Virus record (IMG/VR): IMGVR_UViG_2061766007_000468
DNA from: an uncultured virus (IMG/VR IMGVR_UViG_2061766007_000468)
Lineage: Duplodnaviria; Heunggongvirae; Uroviricota; Caudoviricetes
DNA: 49,844 nucleotides
Direction: 5' to 3' (one strand)
Shown here: positions 39,290-49,428 of the stretch, one piece after another
How positions within the stretch are numbered: position 1 is the stretch's first letter
Layout of the letters: each line of letters starts with the position of its first letter
Made by a program: the position numbers and the translations under genes
Notes under the pieces: model-generated
The model's input: the letters and a program-made list of their open reading frames with translations, nothing else
What the model was told of the DNA's origin: nothing
Databases searched by the model: none

Positions 39290-39727
39290 ATGAAGTTCAC
39301 ACTCAAATCATACAACGACCTTGGTCGCTGCAGCATGGGCACCTTACTAGACGAGTTCGACACGGAAAAATACACGATCCGTGACAACGGGAAAGTCGTG
39401 AAGATCAAGTCGGTCGAGGACTTGTTCCCGTACCTATGGCAGTCGGCTGGCATATCCGGACACTGCGACGGCAAGCACTTCGCCGAGTTCTTTGGGAAAG
39501 GTACCCACTGGCACTGGGATTTCGACCGCCGCATAGTAGAATACGAGAAGGAAATCAAGCGACTTGAGAAGAAAGTGTACAACGAGTCGTCTCCGAGCAA
39601 GAAAGAAAAGTACCAGAAGGACCTGGACTGGACGGTCGAGCACCTTGGCAGTCTCAAGAACATGATTGCCCGATTGGATGCGGACATGGAAGAACAGAAA
39701 CAGAAGCTCATCGAGGAAAACCGTTGA
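39290..39727 (+). CDS. Hypothetical protein (homolog at 36753-37002)
   Basis: MKFTLK.Y.DLGRCSMGTLLDEFDT shared; C-terminal coiled coil. Confidence 0.65.
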   Translation: MKFTLKSYNDLGRCSMGTLLDEFDTEKYTIRDNGKVVKIKSVEDLFPYLWQSAGISGHCDGKHFAEFFGKGTHWHWDFDRRIVEYEKEIKRLEKKVYNESSPSKKEKYQKDLDWTVEHLGSLKNMIARLDADMEEQKQKLIEENR

Positions 39728-40131
39728 CACAGTTCATAGTCACAATATACCGGAAGTCGTTCATGGGCAAGCTTTCCTTGGAGAAGTTCCCGCTGACACA
39801 CGCTATGTGCGAGAAGAACGACTACGAGAACTTGTCCAGAACGGATGTTCTTGTCATGCTGCAAGTGCGCTACGGAAAACTCATGTCGGTGGCCATCTAC
39901 CAAGAGAATGCGGAGGATTCTATCAGGGTGTTCTCGTTCGAGGTAACCGCAGACTGCCGTCTCATGGACTACGGCACGAACGCGCTGAATGAGCTCAAGT
40001 CTTCCTATTCATCAATAACCTTGAACAGCTTGACCGAAAGCAAGATATTCTACGAGAAGCAAGGGTTCGAACCCACTGGAGATAACGCATACACCTGGAG
40101 GCGTCATGATACGCAAGCTGACATTCTTTAA
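39724..40131 (+). CDS. Hypothetical protein, possibly GNAT-like
   Basis: YGT.AL and FYEKQGFE resemble GNAT motifs A/B; TTG start. Confidence 0.45.
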   Translation: MTQFIVTIYRKSFMGKLSLEKFPLTHAMCEKNDYENLSRTDVLVMLQVRYGKLMSVAIYQENAEDSIRVFSFEVTADCRLMDYGTNALNELKSSYSSITLNSLTESKIFYEKQGFEPTGDNAYTWRRHDTQADIL

Positions 40132-40447
40132 CACTGTGAAAGACCTGGAAAAACTTACCGGGATGTCCGAGAAAGAGCTATGGGAACACGGCGCGAACCT
40201 CGACGACTGGGACTACGGATTCTGCTGCAAGGAACCTCTCCACAAGGAAATAATCGAGGAGAAGGAGAAGTACGAAATCGACCCTTGGGACAAGCCAGCC
40301 GAAGACGGCAAGTATTACAAGACATACAACACTTACGACTACGACGACCCCACCTACCAGCTGATGCAGAGCGCCGAGAACTACTGCGTCGGATGGAAGC
40401 ATTTCGAATACAAGAAAGTACATTACTATACGGTACACCACTCATGA
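40106..40447 (+). CDS. Hypothetical protein (disrupted homolog flanks the 37093 element)
   Basis: GGAGG RBS; ends match 37047-37070 and 38620-38680. Confidence 0.65.
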   Translation: MIRKLTFFNTVKDLEKLTGMSEKELWEHGANLDDWDYGFCCKEPLHKEIIEEKEKYEIDPWDKPAEDGKYYKTYNTYDYDDPTYQLMQSAENYCVGWKHFEYKKVHYYTVHHS

Positions 40448-41043
40448 CCTCTCACGAACTTGCACACAAACGCGAGGCTGGCTATATGCTCGCCAAACAC
40501 CTTGTTACGAAAGAACTTGTCGATAAGGCTCACGAAATGTTCGCCGTCATCTTCCCCGACGAACACTTGTACGACGAGGAAGGAGGCGTACTGGAGAGCT
40601 GCTTCAGCGAGTCTTGCTCCGACGACCACGACCCCAATGACCTGTGGAATTACTATCTGTGGAAGCTCTCGACGTTAGACAATCCTGAAGGCGAATTTAT
40701 CGGCATTTCCGGCATTTATACGGAAGCCATCGACCAAGAAAGCGCTTGGCTTGGATGGCTAGGCGTCATGCCGTCATACCGACGGGAAAGGTTTGCCACA
40801 CGCATACTCAACGCATTTGCCGATGAATGTAGGCAGCGTGGGTTCAAGTACGCTCGCATCTACACGAACGAGAACAACATTCCGGCTCGCGAGTGCTACA
40901 AGTCCAATGGGTTCGCCGAGGAGAAGTACAACGGCCCTACGCCAGACTGTGTTCTTACTGGGGGCTCGATTTACATCTACTCGAAGTCGCTTTATCCACA
41001 GTATGAATGTCCCCTGTGGAACGACCGTAAACTAGATTTTTAG
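40444..41043 (+). CDS. GNAT-family N-acetyltransferase
   Basis: IGISG, WLGWLGVMPSYRRERFAT.IL, N..A..CY..NGF. Confidence 0.8.
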   Translation: MTSHELAHKREAGYMLAKHLVTKELVDKAHEMFAVIFPDEHLYDEEGGVLESCFSESCSDDHDPNDLWNYYLWKLSTLDNPEGEFIGISGIYTEAIDQESAWLGWLGVMPSYRRERFATRILNAFADECRQRGFKYARIYTNENNIPARECYKSNGFAEEKYNGPTPDCVLTGGSIYIYSKSLYPQYECPLWNDRKLDF

Positions 41044-41045
41044 CG

Positions 41046-41082
41046 AAACGCCAGTTGACAAGACTGGCGTTTTTGCTATATT
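41046..41082 (+). promoter_or_regulatory. Terminator-like hairpin fused with promoter; probably leaderless
   Basis: AAACGCCAGT / ACTGGCGTTT around TTGACA; 16 bp spacer; TGCTATATT; ATG 41090. Confidence 0.75.
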
Positions 41083-41208
41083 TAGGTGCATGAGCAAGCG
41101 GCTCGACTGGTATAGGGATTCCGTCACGTACATCGTGCCGAACGACGCCTACAAGAAGTTCCACAAGGATTCCCTCAAGCACGAATTACTCAAATACGAA
41201 GGCAAGAA

Positions 41209-41802
41209 ATGAATTACCTAGAAAAGCGCACCATAGAAAAGTTTGAGATCATCAAGCTGTGGGCGAGCCCGAACCGCTATAAGCAACTGGTCGATGCTGC
41301 CGTAAAAGCGAAGCGCCGCAAGACGCACCGCCATCTCGATACTGAATATTCATTGGAAGAGCAGAAGCTCATGGATATCTTCTATCTTCTGATCTGGGAC
41401 AGCAAGTCGTTCAACGACGAGCCGAACCCTTCGATGGGATACTTTGAGACCGTGGACGATTTTGCAGTCGAGGCGTTCTATTGCGAAGGCTACTTGCGCT
41501 TCAGACTGTCCGTCGGCTGCGGATCCTACCTGACGTGCGAATACGTCCGTACGGTTCCCAAGAAGCTGACGGTGTATTCCTACGACCACCTTCACGAACT
41601 AATCGACCTCAAGAAGCATGCGGATGCGATCGAGAAGAGAATCAAGGATGCGCAAGCTCGCAAAGACGAGCTGAAGAAGACACTTGCCGCCGTCGATACG
41701 GCGAATACGCTTATGTCCATCTTCGGACTTCACTTGGACGAAGCTTCCGAGCAGAAGGTTGCCGAATGGCGAAATGAACTTGAACAAGTAAAGAAGGTAT
41801 AA
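41209..41802 (+). CDS. Hypothetical protein with C-terminal coiled coil
   Basis: 197 aa ORF in operon. Confidence 0.65.
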   Translation: MNYLEKRTIEKFEIIKLWASPNRYKQLVDAAVKAKRRKTHRHLDTEYSLEEQKLMDIFYLLIWDSKSFNDEPNPSMGYFETVDDFAVEAFYCEGYLRFRLSVGCGSYLTCEYVRTVPKKLTVYSYDHLHELIDLKKHADAIEKRIKDAQARKDELKKTLAAVDTANTLMSIFGLHLDEASEQKVAEWRNELEQVKKV

Positions 41803-41803
41803 T

Positions 41804-42082
41804 ATGAGCATTGTATTCATCTTGGTCATGATGGAGCTTCATGGATACATCAACACCAATCTGACGTTCAATACGCTTCAGCAGTGCGAAACCGTCGCCG
41901 CACAAGCGAAAAAGAACGGCATCTACAAAGCTTTCTGCGTTGAAAAGCAAGAGAAGAAGAAAAAGCTGAACTGCAAGGTCGAGAACCGCACTGACTACTG
42001 GAACCCACATAACGGATCGACAAACGTACATGCGCTGGACTACTATCCGTATCCGGTAGGTATCAGCTGCGTAGAGGAATAG
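41804..42082 (+). CDS. Small Cys-containing protein
   Basis: AAGGT RBS; packed ORF. Confidence 0.55.
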   Translation: MSIVFILVMMELHGYINTNLTFNTLQQCETVAAQAKKNGIYKAFCVEKQEKKKKLNCKVENRTDYWNPHNGSTNVHALDYYPYPVGISCVEE

Positions 42083-42083
42083 T

Positions 42084-42488
42084 ATGGCAGAAACCCAGAA
42101 ATCCTTTGACCAGATGACCGAGCACGAACTGCTGCAAGTCGCCGAATGGCATGCGCAAGCCATGGAACGTAGCGGAATTATCGACGAAGATACTTTGGCG
42201 GAATGCCGACGCAACGCAGAAAAGGATGCCGAATCTTATGGCAACCGCTGGCATCATTCTCATCTGGACTTATACAAGAATCTACAGTACCTAGCCCACT
42301 TTGCCGACAAGATGAGTGTCCTCCGCAAAAAACACCTGGTTACTTTGCTCGGAACAACAGAATGGTACACAAAGGTTAGGTTCAGAATAAATGAAACTGA
42401 CGACAATCTCGAATTCGACGACAAAATGTATGACGATTTCGATGCGGTGCGTCAGGAATGTTATAACCGCATTGACCGAATAGAATGA
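42084..42488 (+). CDS. Hypothetical protein
   Basis: GAGG RBS; ATGA overlap with next gene. Confidence 0.6.
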   Translation: MAETQKSFDQMTEHELLQVAEWHAQAMERSGIIDEDTLAECRRNAEKDAESYGNRWHHSHLDLYKNLQYLAHFADKMSVLRKKHLVTLLGTTEWYTKVRFRINETDDNLEFDDKMYDDFDAVRQECYNRIDRIE

Positions 42489-43234
42489 AACCTAGCAAGT
42501 TAAATACATCTACCCGATTCATATTCTATACGATTGAGACGGTCATATCAGTGGCCGTTGTCGTTATATTGTGTATCGTCGCCATCTTCATGGAGTCTGC
42601 GCACGACGTAGATACACGAACGAACGGAACGCATGACTACTCGGTATCACTGTTGCCTTCCATCACATTGACCGACACCGTGCCTATCCCAAAAGATACA
42701 GTCGCGACTACCGAACGCTCACGCACCCAGCAAATCGCCATCGGAGCGTCCATCATACGTGGCGTGCGAAAGAGCATAGACGAGGAATGCGCGGCCAAAC
42801 TGGCTGGCATACTGTACGACGAGTCCGAATACCATTCGTCTGTCGACTATGCGTTTCTCCTTGCCATCATAGAGACGGAGTCGAAATTCAACAAAGATGC
42901 AGTATCCCCGGCTGGCGCTGTCGGGCTTGGACAGCTGATGCCCAGAACCGCAGAGTCCATAGCGAAGAAATCCGGAATCGCGTTTGACGCGGCATTGCTC
43001 AAAGATCCGGCATACAACGTCAAGCTCTCAGTAAGGTACTTAATCCGTCTCAACAAGGTATTCCAAGACGAAACGTTGGTCGCCGCCGCATACAACGGTG
43101 GGCCCGGCGGAGCACGTAAGTACAAGCGGTGGATAGACGGAGAAGCCGACAAGACCACCGTACACAAGGAAACGCTGTCCTACGTGGACAAGGTCATGAC
43201 AAGATACAATTCTTATCGGACGAGGCTGCAATGA
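42485..43234 (+). CDS. Lytic transglycosylase (SLT domain) with N-terminal membrane anchor
   Basis: IETESKF, AVSPAGAVGLGQLMP.TA, DP.YN, AAAYNGGPG, ET..YV.KV. Confidence 0.9.
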   Translation: MKPSKLNTSTRFIFYTIETVISVAVVVILCIVAIFMESAHDVDTRTNGTHDYSVSLLPSITLTDTVPIPKDTVATTERSRTQQIAIGASIIRGVRKSIDEECAAKLAGILYDESEYHSSVDYAFLLAIIETESKFNKDAVSPAGAVGLGQLMPRTAESIAKKSGIAFDAALLKDPAYNVKLSVRYLIRLNKVFQDETLVAAAYNGGPGGARKYKRWIDGEADKTTVHKETLSYVDKVMTRYNSYRTRLQ

Positions 43235-43488
43235 TGGAATGGCGCATAAAGAAAGTTAAACAGCCTAACGGCGAAGTCTGGTTCATCCCCCAGTACCGCA
43301 AGTTCTTGTTCTTCTGGCGCAACATTACCGCCATCGAACACTTGCGATACGTGTTCAATCCGTTCTTCGAGGACGCCAAGAATATCGACAACCATTTCTG
43401 CTTGAAGGAACCGTTCGACGGCTACACCTACTTCTTTACCGAAGCCGAGGCAATGCGTACTGCGGAACTGTATGAACGCGGAAAGCTG

Positions 43489-43517
43489 TTGAAAAATGAA
43501 TAGGAATTTGCTATATT
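43489..43517 (+). promoter_or_regulatory. Sigma70-type promoter
   Basis: TTGAAA-17bp-TATATT, extended TG. Confidence 0.6.
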
Positions 43518-43543
43518 TTACGCTGATTTGAATGAGGTTTGAT

Positions 43544-44056
43544 ATGGCCAATACAGATAACTGGGCTGCCGTCAAGGAAGCTATCGAAGCATGTGACAAC
43601 GAAACCGAACTGCGCGAACTCCGCCAGTGTGCCGACAGCCGTCTGCAGATGGTCAAGCACGAACATGCAGTAAGCAAGCGCGAAGACTATGTCGCCAAGT
43701 ACAAGGGTAAGTACATCCTCATATACGGCAAGCACTACACTCGTATTAAGTCGTTCGACAACTTCCACAAGACGACGATTGTGCTGGTGGAAGACATCTT
43801 GTCCGTAAGCTACGACTTCATGTGTGTGTTCGGAAAGCGTCTCGAAATCGATTACAGCTGCAATCCGTACGACGCTCGTCTGACCGACATTAACGAAGAC
43901 AATACTGGCAACGTCAAGATTACCAATTCGTACGAAGAGAACTACCGCATCGACATCAACGAAATCAGCGCGGTCATCGACTCCTCGAAGGTCGAAGAAA
44001 TCAAGAAGAAGACCTTGGAGAACGTGGGCAAGCTGCTGGAAGGCTGGGGCGCATGA
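43544..44056 (+). CDS. Hypothetical protein
   Basis: GAGG RBS before ATG 43544 (alternative start 43532). Confidence 0.6.
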   Translation: MANTDNWAAVKEAIEACDNETELRELRQCADSRLQMVKHEHAVSKREDYVAKYKGKYILIYGKHYTRIKSFDNFHKTTIVLVEDILSVSYDFMCVFGKRLEIDYSCNPYDARLTDINEDNTGNVKITNSYEENYRIDINEISAVIDSSKVEEIKKKTLENVGKLLEGWGA

Positions 44057-44700
44057 ATACAAACGATTCCAAATTTCTTCCGTTCAACGTGTTCAATTTC
44101 TTCTTTATCCGGCATGCCCCAACTGCGGCCAACTACACCGGATCCATGGTGAACGGATACGACAATGCCGATATCGTCTCCATGGAGAAACCGTCGGACT
44201 GGGAAGACCGAGTTGGGAAGTTTGTTCCAAGGGATCCTCGCATTCCTATATTCAGTTCGCCAGCAAAACGCTGCCGACAGACCGTACATATGCTGTTCGG
44301 CGATGCTAAGATTATCAAAAGCGCCCTGTTTAGCGAGTTCGACTGTGCTGGGCTTGGCGACCGCAAGTTCTGGGAAATTACCGAGGAAGAATTTAACAGC
44401 TGTGTCAATGTGAGAACCAGTGATATGCTGGAACGCGCCCACTTGATCTTCCGTGATTTCAGCCGTCAATTAGAAAGCGAATACAGTACACGGACTTGCA
44501 TTGTGGTGTCTCATGGCATGCTCATACGTTATCTGTATCACTACATGAACAACAATAGCGATATATCGCCGTTCGATGTGATCAATTCCAAGGGCTTTAG
44601 TTTTTCCAATTTGGACATGCTCCGAATTGTATATGACCCAACCATAGACCACCGATATGCCAAAGCATATCCATACAATCCTCCAGTGGAGCATCAGTAA
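44053..44700 (+). CDS. Histidine phosphatase (phosphoglycerate mutase-like superfamily)
   Basis: FIRHA.T..N, SSP..RC.QT, E.D, VVSHG..IR. Confidence 0.85.
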   Translation: MNTNDSKFLPFNVFNFFFIRHAPTAANYTGSMVNGYDNADIVSMEKPSDWEDRVGKFVPRDPRIPIFSSPAKRCRQTVHMLFGDAKIIKSALFSEFDCAGLGDRKFWEITEEEFNSCVNVRTSDMLERAHLIFRDFSRQLESEYSTRTCIVVSHGMLIRYLYHYMNNNSDISPFDVINSKGFSFSNLDMLRIVYDPTIDHRYAKAYPYNPPVEHQ

Positions 44701-45026
44701 TGTTTGTATCTTATTTATTGGTAGTTGTCTGCGGAATAGTGGCGTTTATCGCCATGGTTGCTGCATTTTCAGCATACGAGGTCGGCGAAGCCGACTTGGG
44801 CACTGGGATGTCGATATTGTTCGCTTTCATGGTAATTGCTGAAGTGTCTCTCTGGTGTAGCTGGGATGACCGCTTGATGGATTCTGCCAGCGCATTTTTC
44901 GAGACACGAGAAAAAGTGTACAAGTGCGAAAACTTGTCGCCTGAAGTGTGCGAGTACAAGAAACTTATTTGGCAAAAGGACTCCACTATATGGAAAACCA
45001 GACTGAACGAGATAATCAGCAAGTAG
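44700..45026 (+). CDS. Membrane protein (2 TM)
   Basis: Hydrophobic N-terminal half; C-terminal KDS motif similar to the 13606-13950 protein. Confidence 0.6.
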   Translation: MFVSYLLVVVCGIVAFIAMVAAFSAYEVGEADLGTGMSILFAFMVIAEVSLWCSWDDRLMDSASAFFETREKVYKCENLSPEVCEYKKLIWQKDSTIWKTRLNEIISK

Positions 45027-45028
45027 GC

Positions 45029-46093
45029 ATGCATACCACTTCTATGCGATGGCGCGTCTGCTTTATCAAGCACAAGGGATCGTCTATGGCACAATTTGAA
45101 GACTCTGAAACCTTCACGTCTCGCGACGCTGCCGTCAAGTTCGGCAACGACTTGGGACGTGCTGATTTCCGAGAAAAGTATTTTGGCGACCCGAATACGA
45201 TCGCAGCGAACATCCATATTATCGAAGTCGGCGAGTACGAAAAGGAAGTCCCATGGGACAAATGGTGCGAACTGAGCAAGAGCATTGACGAGATCATCAA
45301 GGAACTCGATGCGGAAACGCAGCCAAAGCCGTGGTTCAAGGTTTGGTACAAGCTCCACGCTGACGGATTCGTCCGAGACGTGTCGATTGACTGCAAGACG
45401 CTCGACGAAGCGAAGAAGGAAGCTAACCGTATCCTCAAGGAGAACCGCTGGTATGCCTTGCCGCTGGTATATTGCGGCTGCGTGAAGACTGATGTCCGCA
45501 TCCAGACATGTTGTCCGGAATGTCACGACACGATGTTCCTTCCCCAAGACTCGTGGCTCGAACCGACACAGAAGTTCGTCGTGCCGGACGAATACAAGAA
45601 AGAAGGCATGACCTTCTTGGTCGAGCACTCTCGCGTACCGAAGCCTACGAATTTCCATGACGAAGCCAGTCCAATGTTCGTAACGGACAAGTTCACCTCG
45701 TTCGACCAAGCGCGTAATTTCGCCATGCATCTGCTCAACGGCGACGGCCCGGCCTATGTGATCGAGACTGGAAAGACGCACTGGTTCTTCAACATCAACA
45801 TCTATGCTGTCGAAAACAATCGCCGTACCCTCGTTCCGCAAGACCAGTGGTGCGATGATTCCGATGCGCAAGAAAAGAACTTGTCCGGAATCCTTGCGTA
45901 CTGCTCCGAGGTAGCTGGCATCAAGGGCGAACGCGACATCCTCCGCGACGAACTGAATCATGCTAAGGCGGAAATCGAGACGCTTAAATCCGCAATCAGA
46001 AACGAACTCAAGAACATTTCCGGCCACATCAACTACGAAGTAGACTTGATGAATAAATTGTTGGGAGAAGATAACCATGGAAATAATGCTTAA
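45029..46093 (+). CDS. Hypothetical protein with CPEC motif and C-terminal coiled coil
   Basis: Long ORF; start uncertain. Confidence 0.65.
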   Translation: MHTTSMRWRVCFIKHKGSSMAQFEDSETFTSRDAAVKFGNDLGRADFREKYFGDPNTIAANIHIIEVGEYEKEVPWDKWCELSKSIDEIIKELDAETQPKPWFKVWYKLHADGFVRDVSIDCKTLDEAKKEANRILKENRWYALPLVYCGCVKTDVRIQTCCPECHDTMFLPQDSWLEPTQKFVVPDEYKKEGMTFLVEHSRVPKPTNFHDEASPMFVTDKFTSFDQARNFAMHLLNGDGPAYVIETGKTHWFFNINIYAVENNRRTLVPQDQWCDDSDAQEKNLSGILAYCSEVAGIKGERDILRDELNHAKAEIETLKSAIRNELKNISGHINYEVDLMNKLLGEDNHGNNA

Positions 46094-46601
46094 CGGACAA
46101 CTTGTTACGTGTACACCGGACGAGTACGCTAGGCTTGTACAGCTTGGACTCATTCCGAATGCGCAAAAAGCTGGCACAGAAATCAAGGTCACGCCGACGC
46201 CGAAACTTCCAGACGACATCGTCAAGCTTCCAGAGAATAACTATCCGCAGTATCCCAAGATCGGCGATACTCAAGACTGGCTCCGTAACGGAACGCATGT
46301 AGTAGCCCTCTATGGCTGTACGGTGGAACAACACACGCTGGGTAGCGAACCGCTGACATTCCCAGTCACCCAGAAGGTGGATACGCTGGAAGTGTCCACG
46401 CAAGCCAACAAGACGACTAGTACGCACTATGTCCTCAAGAAGGTTGACGAGGACAAGTGGTGGTCGTCGCAAACATACCAGTATCTGTGCGACGATATCA
46501 AGAACGCATACGTCTACATCAGCAAGGAACATGCCGAAGAAACCAAAAAGAATCTGCAAGACCGATTCGGCGACTTCGAAATCCAAGCTGTTGAAAGGTA
46601 A
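46077..46601 (+). CDS. Hypothetical protein
   Basis: GGAG RBS; VVALYGC motif. Confidence 0.6.
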   Translation: MEIMLNGQLVTCTPDEYARLVQLGLIPNAQKAGTEIKVTPTPKLPDDIVKLPENNYPQYPKIGDTQDWLRNGTHVVALYGCTVEQHTLGSEPLTFPVTQKVDTLEVSTQANKTTSTHYVLKKVDEDKWWSSQTYQYLCDDIKNAYVYISKEHAEETKKNLQDRFGDFEIQAVER

Positions 46602-46603
46602 TT

Positions 46604-46936
46604 ATGGCAGAGAACGAACAAACTAAAGCAGTCGACCCGAACATGAAGCCGGAACTCGACGAATTCGACCATCCGATCCATTGGGTGTCCAAGGTATTCC
46701 CTGGCCTCCACATCGGGGAATACGTCGAAAACTGGGCGCACTACTGGAAGACCGATAAGGGGTCTTGGGACGTAGAAATCTACAAGACCAAGTACGAGGA
46801 CGGCCACATCCGCGAATGGCCTCGCAAACACTTCACGGACGCTGAACTGGCNNNNNNNNNNNNNNNNNNNNNNNNNNNGCCGCTGGATCCGGAAGACCAG
46901 AAAATCTTGAACGACAACATCTGGGATTTAACCTAA
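46604..46936 (+). CDS. Hypothetical protein (gap inside)
   Basis: AAGGT RBS. Confidence 0.5.
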   Translation: MAENEQTKAVDPNMKPELDEFDHPIHWVSKVFPGLHIGEYVENWAHYWKTDKGSWDVEIYKTKYEDGHIREWPRKHFTDAELXXXXXXXXXXPLDPEDQKILNDNIWDLT

Positions 46937-46946
46937 AGGATTTATC

Positions 46947-47219
46947 ATGAATCAACCGAAAGCTTTCCGCAAGAAACCCGTTTCCATCATGGCTATCATC
47001 TGGACTGGTGACAACTTTGACGCCGTCAAGGCGTTCGCTGGCGACAAGGCCCACTTGAAGGAAGGCCAGCTCATCATCGGAACCCTCGAAGACGGCGAAG
47101 GCGAAGTGAAGGCCGAACACGTCGCTACTGTCGGCGACTACATTATCCGTGGCGTGGAAGGCGAATTCTACTTCTGCAAGCCGTCGATCTTCTTTAAGAC
47201 CTACGAAGAGGATATCTAA
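46947..47219 (+). CDS. Conserved small phage-type protein (KKPV..A / GDYII family)
   Basis: FRKKPV.I.AI.WTG.N, I.TLE, GDYIIRGV.GEFY.CKP.IF.KTYE. Confidence 0.75.
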   Translation: MNQPKAFRKKPVSIMAIIWTGDNFDAVKAFAGDKAHLKEGQLIIGTLEDGEGEVKAEHVATVGDYIIRGVEGEFYFCKPSIFFKTYEEDI

Positions 47220-47563
47220 TGTCCGAAACGCACCCGCTCAACCTCTACATGAAGATCCAGGAACTCCGTGACCGCCGTATCATGCTTGAAAGCATGGTTC
47301 TCGTTGCGGTCAACGACTTGCTGCAGATCAGCAATGACGACGCCAAGTTCGAGTTCAACGTCTTCACCGATGTCCTCGGCGACGACTTGACGATGTCCGT
47401 GTCGTTCCGTACGAAGAATGGCCGCGCAAACGAATGGATGCACATTCCGTGTAGCGCCGTCAACGACTACTACAACGGCAAAAAGGACGAGGCCATGGAG
47501 GCCATGAAAACACAGCGCGACTGGTTGCATTTCTATCTCGACAAGAGAGCGAAGGAAGGCTAG
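47219..47563 (+). CDS. Hypothetical protein
   Basis: GAGG RBS; TAATG coupling. Confidence 0.6.
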   Translation: MSETHPLNLYMKIQELRDRRIMLESMVLVAVNDLLQISNDDAKFEFNVFTDVLGDDLTMSVSFRTKNGRANEWMHIPCSAVNDYYNGKKDEAMEAMKTQRDWLHFYLDKRAKEG

Positions 47564-47565
47564 TT

Positions 47566-48132
47566 ATGGAACTTGGCGAACTTGTACGAATCTACAAGCA
47601 GCACGGCGACTTGCCGATTTATTACCGCGACTTCGACGGTAAGCTGATCGAGGCTGGATGCAATTACATCCACTCGTTCGGGTTCGGTTTCTACAAGATG
47701 ATCATCCCTTGCGACGAAATGGAAACCGTCATGCGGCTTGGCACTGGACAGAAGGTCACTCGTCAAAAAGTTCAGCCGGGTACTCTGGAACCAATCGTCA
47801 TGTTCGCTGATGGCTTGGCAGACGAAGACTGCGACATTCCAGTCTTCGTGAAGTATTTCAACGCATTTGAAATCCAGCCGTATAGCGAACGCTGCGAGGT
47901 CGTTGACGGTAAGCTGGTATTCTTCCACGACAAGGAAATCTGGGACGCATGGCTGGCCGAAAAGGAACGCCGTGACAAGGAATACCAAGAGCGAATCAAG
48001 AATACGAAGCCTGGCGATTACGCAGTCAAGCTACCGATCATCCGTAACTGCGAGCCTACTCTGCTTGCAGACAAGATTGTAAGCGTCAAACCGATTGATG
48101 GGCATGTAAAATCATGGTGGAGTACGAAATAG
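47566..48132 (+). CDS. Hypothetical protein
   Basis: AAGG RBS; 188 aa. Confidence 0.6.
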   Translation: MELGELVRIYKQHGDLPIYYRDFDGKLIEAGCNYIHSFGFGFYKMIIPCDEMETVMRLGTGQKVTRQKVQPGTLEPIVMFADGLADEDCDIPVFVKYFNAFEIQPYSERCEVVDGKLVFFHDKEIWDAWLAEKERRDKEYQERIKNTKPGDYAVKLPIIRNCEPTLLADKIVSVKPIDGHVKSWWSTK

Positions 48133-48484
48133 CCGACGTCAACCGACGGTATGACGAGCTGTGCAAGAAGCTGAACACGGCGGCNNNNNNNNNNNNNNCC
48201 GAAAGAATACGAGATCCACGTCAAGATGCGTATGCCATCATACGACCGACACATCTTTTTCGAGCTGTGGCCGCACGGCATCGAGGCGAAATATACGATG
48301 CGCTACATACCGACCGAAGTCGTCGACCAGTATTTCGAAGGCGGTCTGGATGCGGCTATGCATCGCTGGAATGTCCTCAAAGCCAAAGCCGCCGAACTTA
48401 GAGAGTTAAGGAANNNNNNNNNNACAGTCCAAGGACATGATGAGCCAGTCGTTCCGCGATACGCTCCTCAACAGNNNNNNNNNN

Positions 48485-49407
48485 TAATGGAACTTGCGAC
48501 GAAATTCTCGGAACTACGTTTACCAAGATGGTATCCGAGCAGTCCAAGGACATGATGAGCCAGTCGTTCCGTGATACGCTCCTCAACAGCATCGGCATGT
48601 ACATCAGCGAGGTCAAGAACCGCAGTATCCGAGAAGCCGCCGAAGCCAAGACCGAAACCGATCCGGCCATGCTCCAGATGTACGAGAACGTCACCAAGGA
48701 AATGAATGACAACCTTCTACTCAAGGTCAACCGTCGCGGCGAGAACAAGCCGAAAGGAGACATCACTGAACATACTCCTCGCGGCCCCCAGAAGCACCCA
48801 GCGATGTTCCGCGAACGCAAGAACAAGTGGCTCGACGGCATCCGCGAGGTCAGCATGGGAAAGAACTCCGACATGTATGCATTTGAACACAGCAACAATA
48901 AGTGCATCGTACTGATCAACACTGACCATGCGTTCTACACGTCGCTGTANNNNNNNNNNTATGCTCCAGATGTACGAGAACGTCACCAAGGAAATGAATG
49001 ACAACCTCCTCCTCAAGGTCAACCGTCGCGGCGAGAACAAGCCGAAGGGAGAACTCACTGAACATACTCCTCGCGGCCCCCAGAAGCATCCGGCAATGTT
49101 CCGCGAACGCAAGAACAAGTGGCTCGACGGCATCCGCGAAGTCAGCATGGGCAAGAACTCCGACATGTATGCATTTGAACACAGCAACAACAAGTGCATC
49201 GTACTGATCAACACTGACCATGCGTTCTACACGTCGCTGTACAAGAGGCTCCCCATCGAACTCAAGCACCAGATGGCCAAGGTTATCACGTGCCAAGAGA
49301 TTGCGAAGCTTAACGTAAACTACTACGGCAGCGACGATATTCAGGACATCATCAACCAATACAACGAGACGATTTCTTCCGAAGTAAGCAAGTCGCTCAC
49401 TCGATAG
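48485..49407 (+). CDS. C-terminal part of a larger protein, present as overlapping allelic fragments; possibly a GHKL/MORC-type ATPase tail
   Basis: 48668-48949 repeated at 48961-49241; LINTDHAFY resembles the IN..H.FY motif; ATPase motifs not visible. Confidence 0.4.
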
Positions 49408-49428
49408 AAATATTTTACTGATATAGAG

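Noticed and set aside
48424..49241. Tandem near-identical repeats as a DGR template/variable pair or true repeats (also 540-660, 10806-11075, 12590-12820, 13130-13320, 24288-25310, 34100-34590)
   Set aside because: Each pair straddles an N-gap, differences are mostly synonymous and not adenine-specific, and no reverse transcriptase is present; best explained as scaffolded strain alleles.
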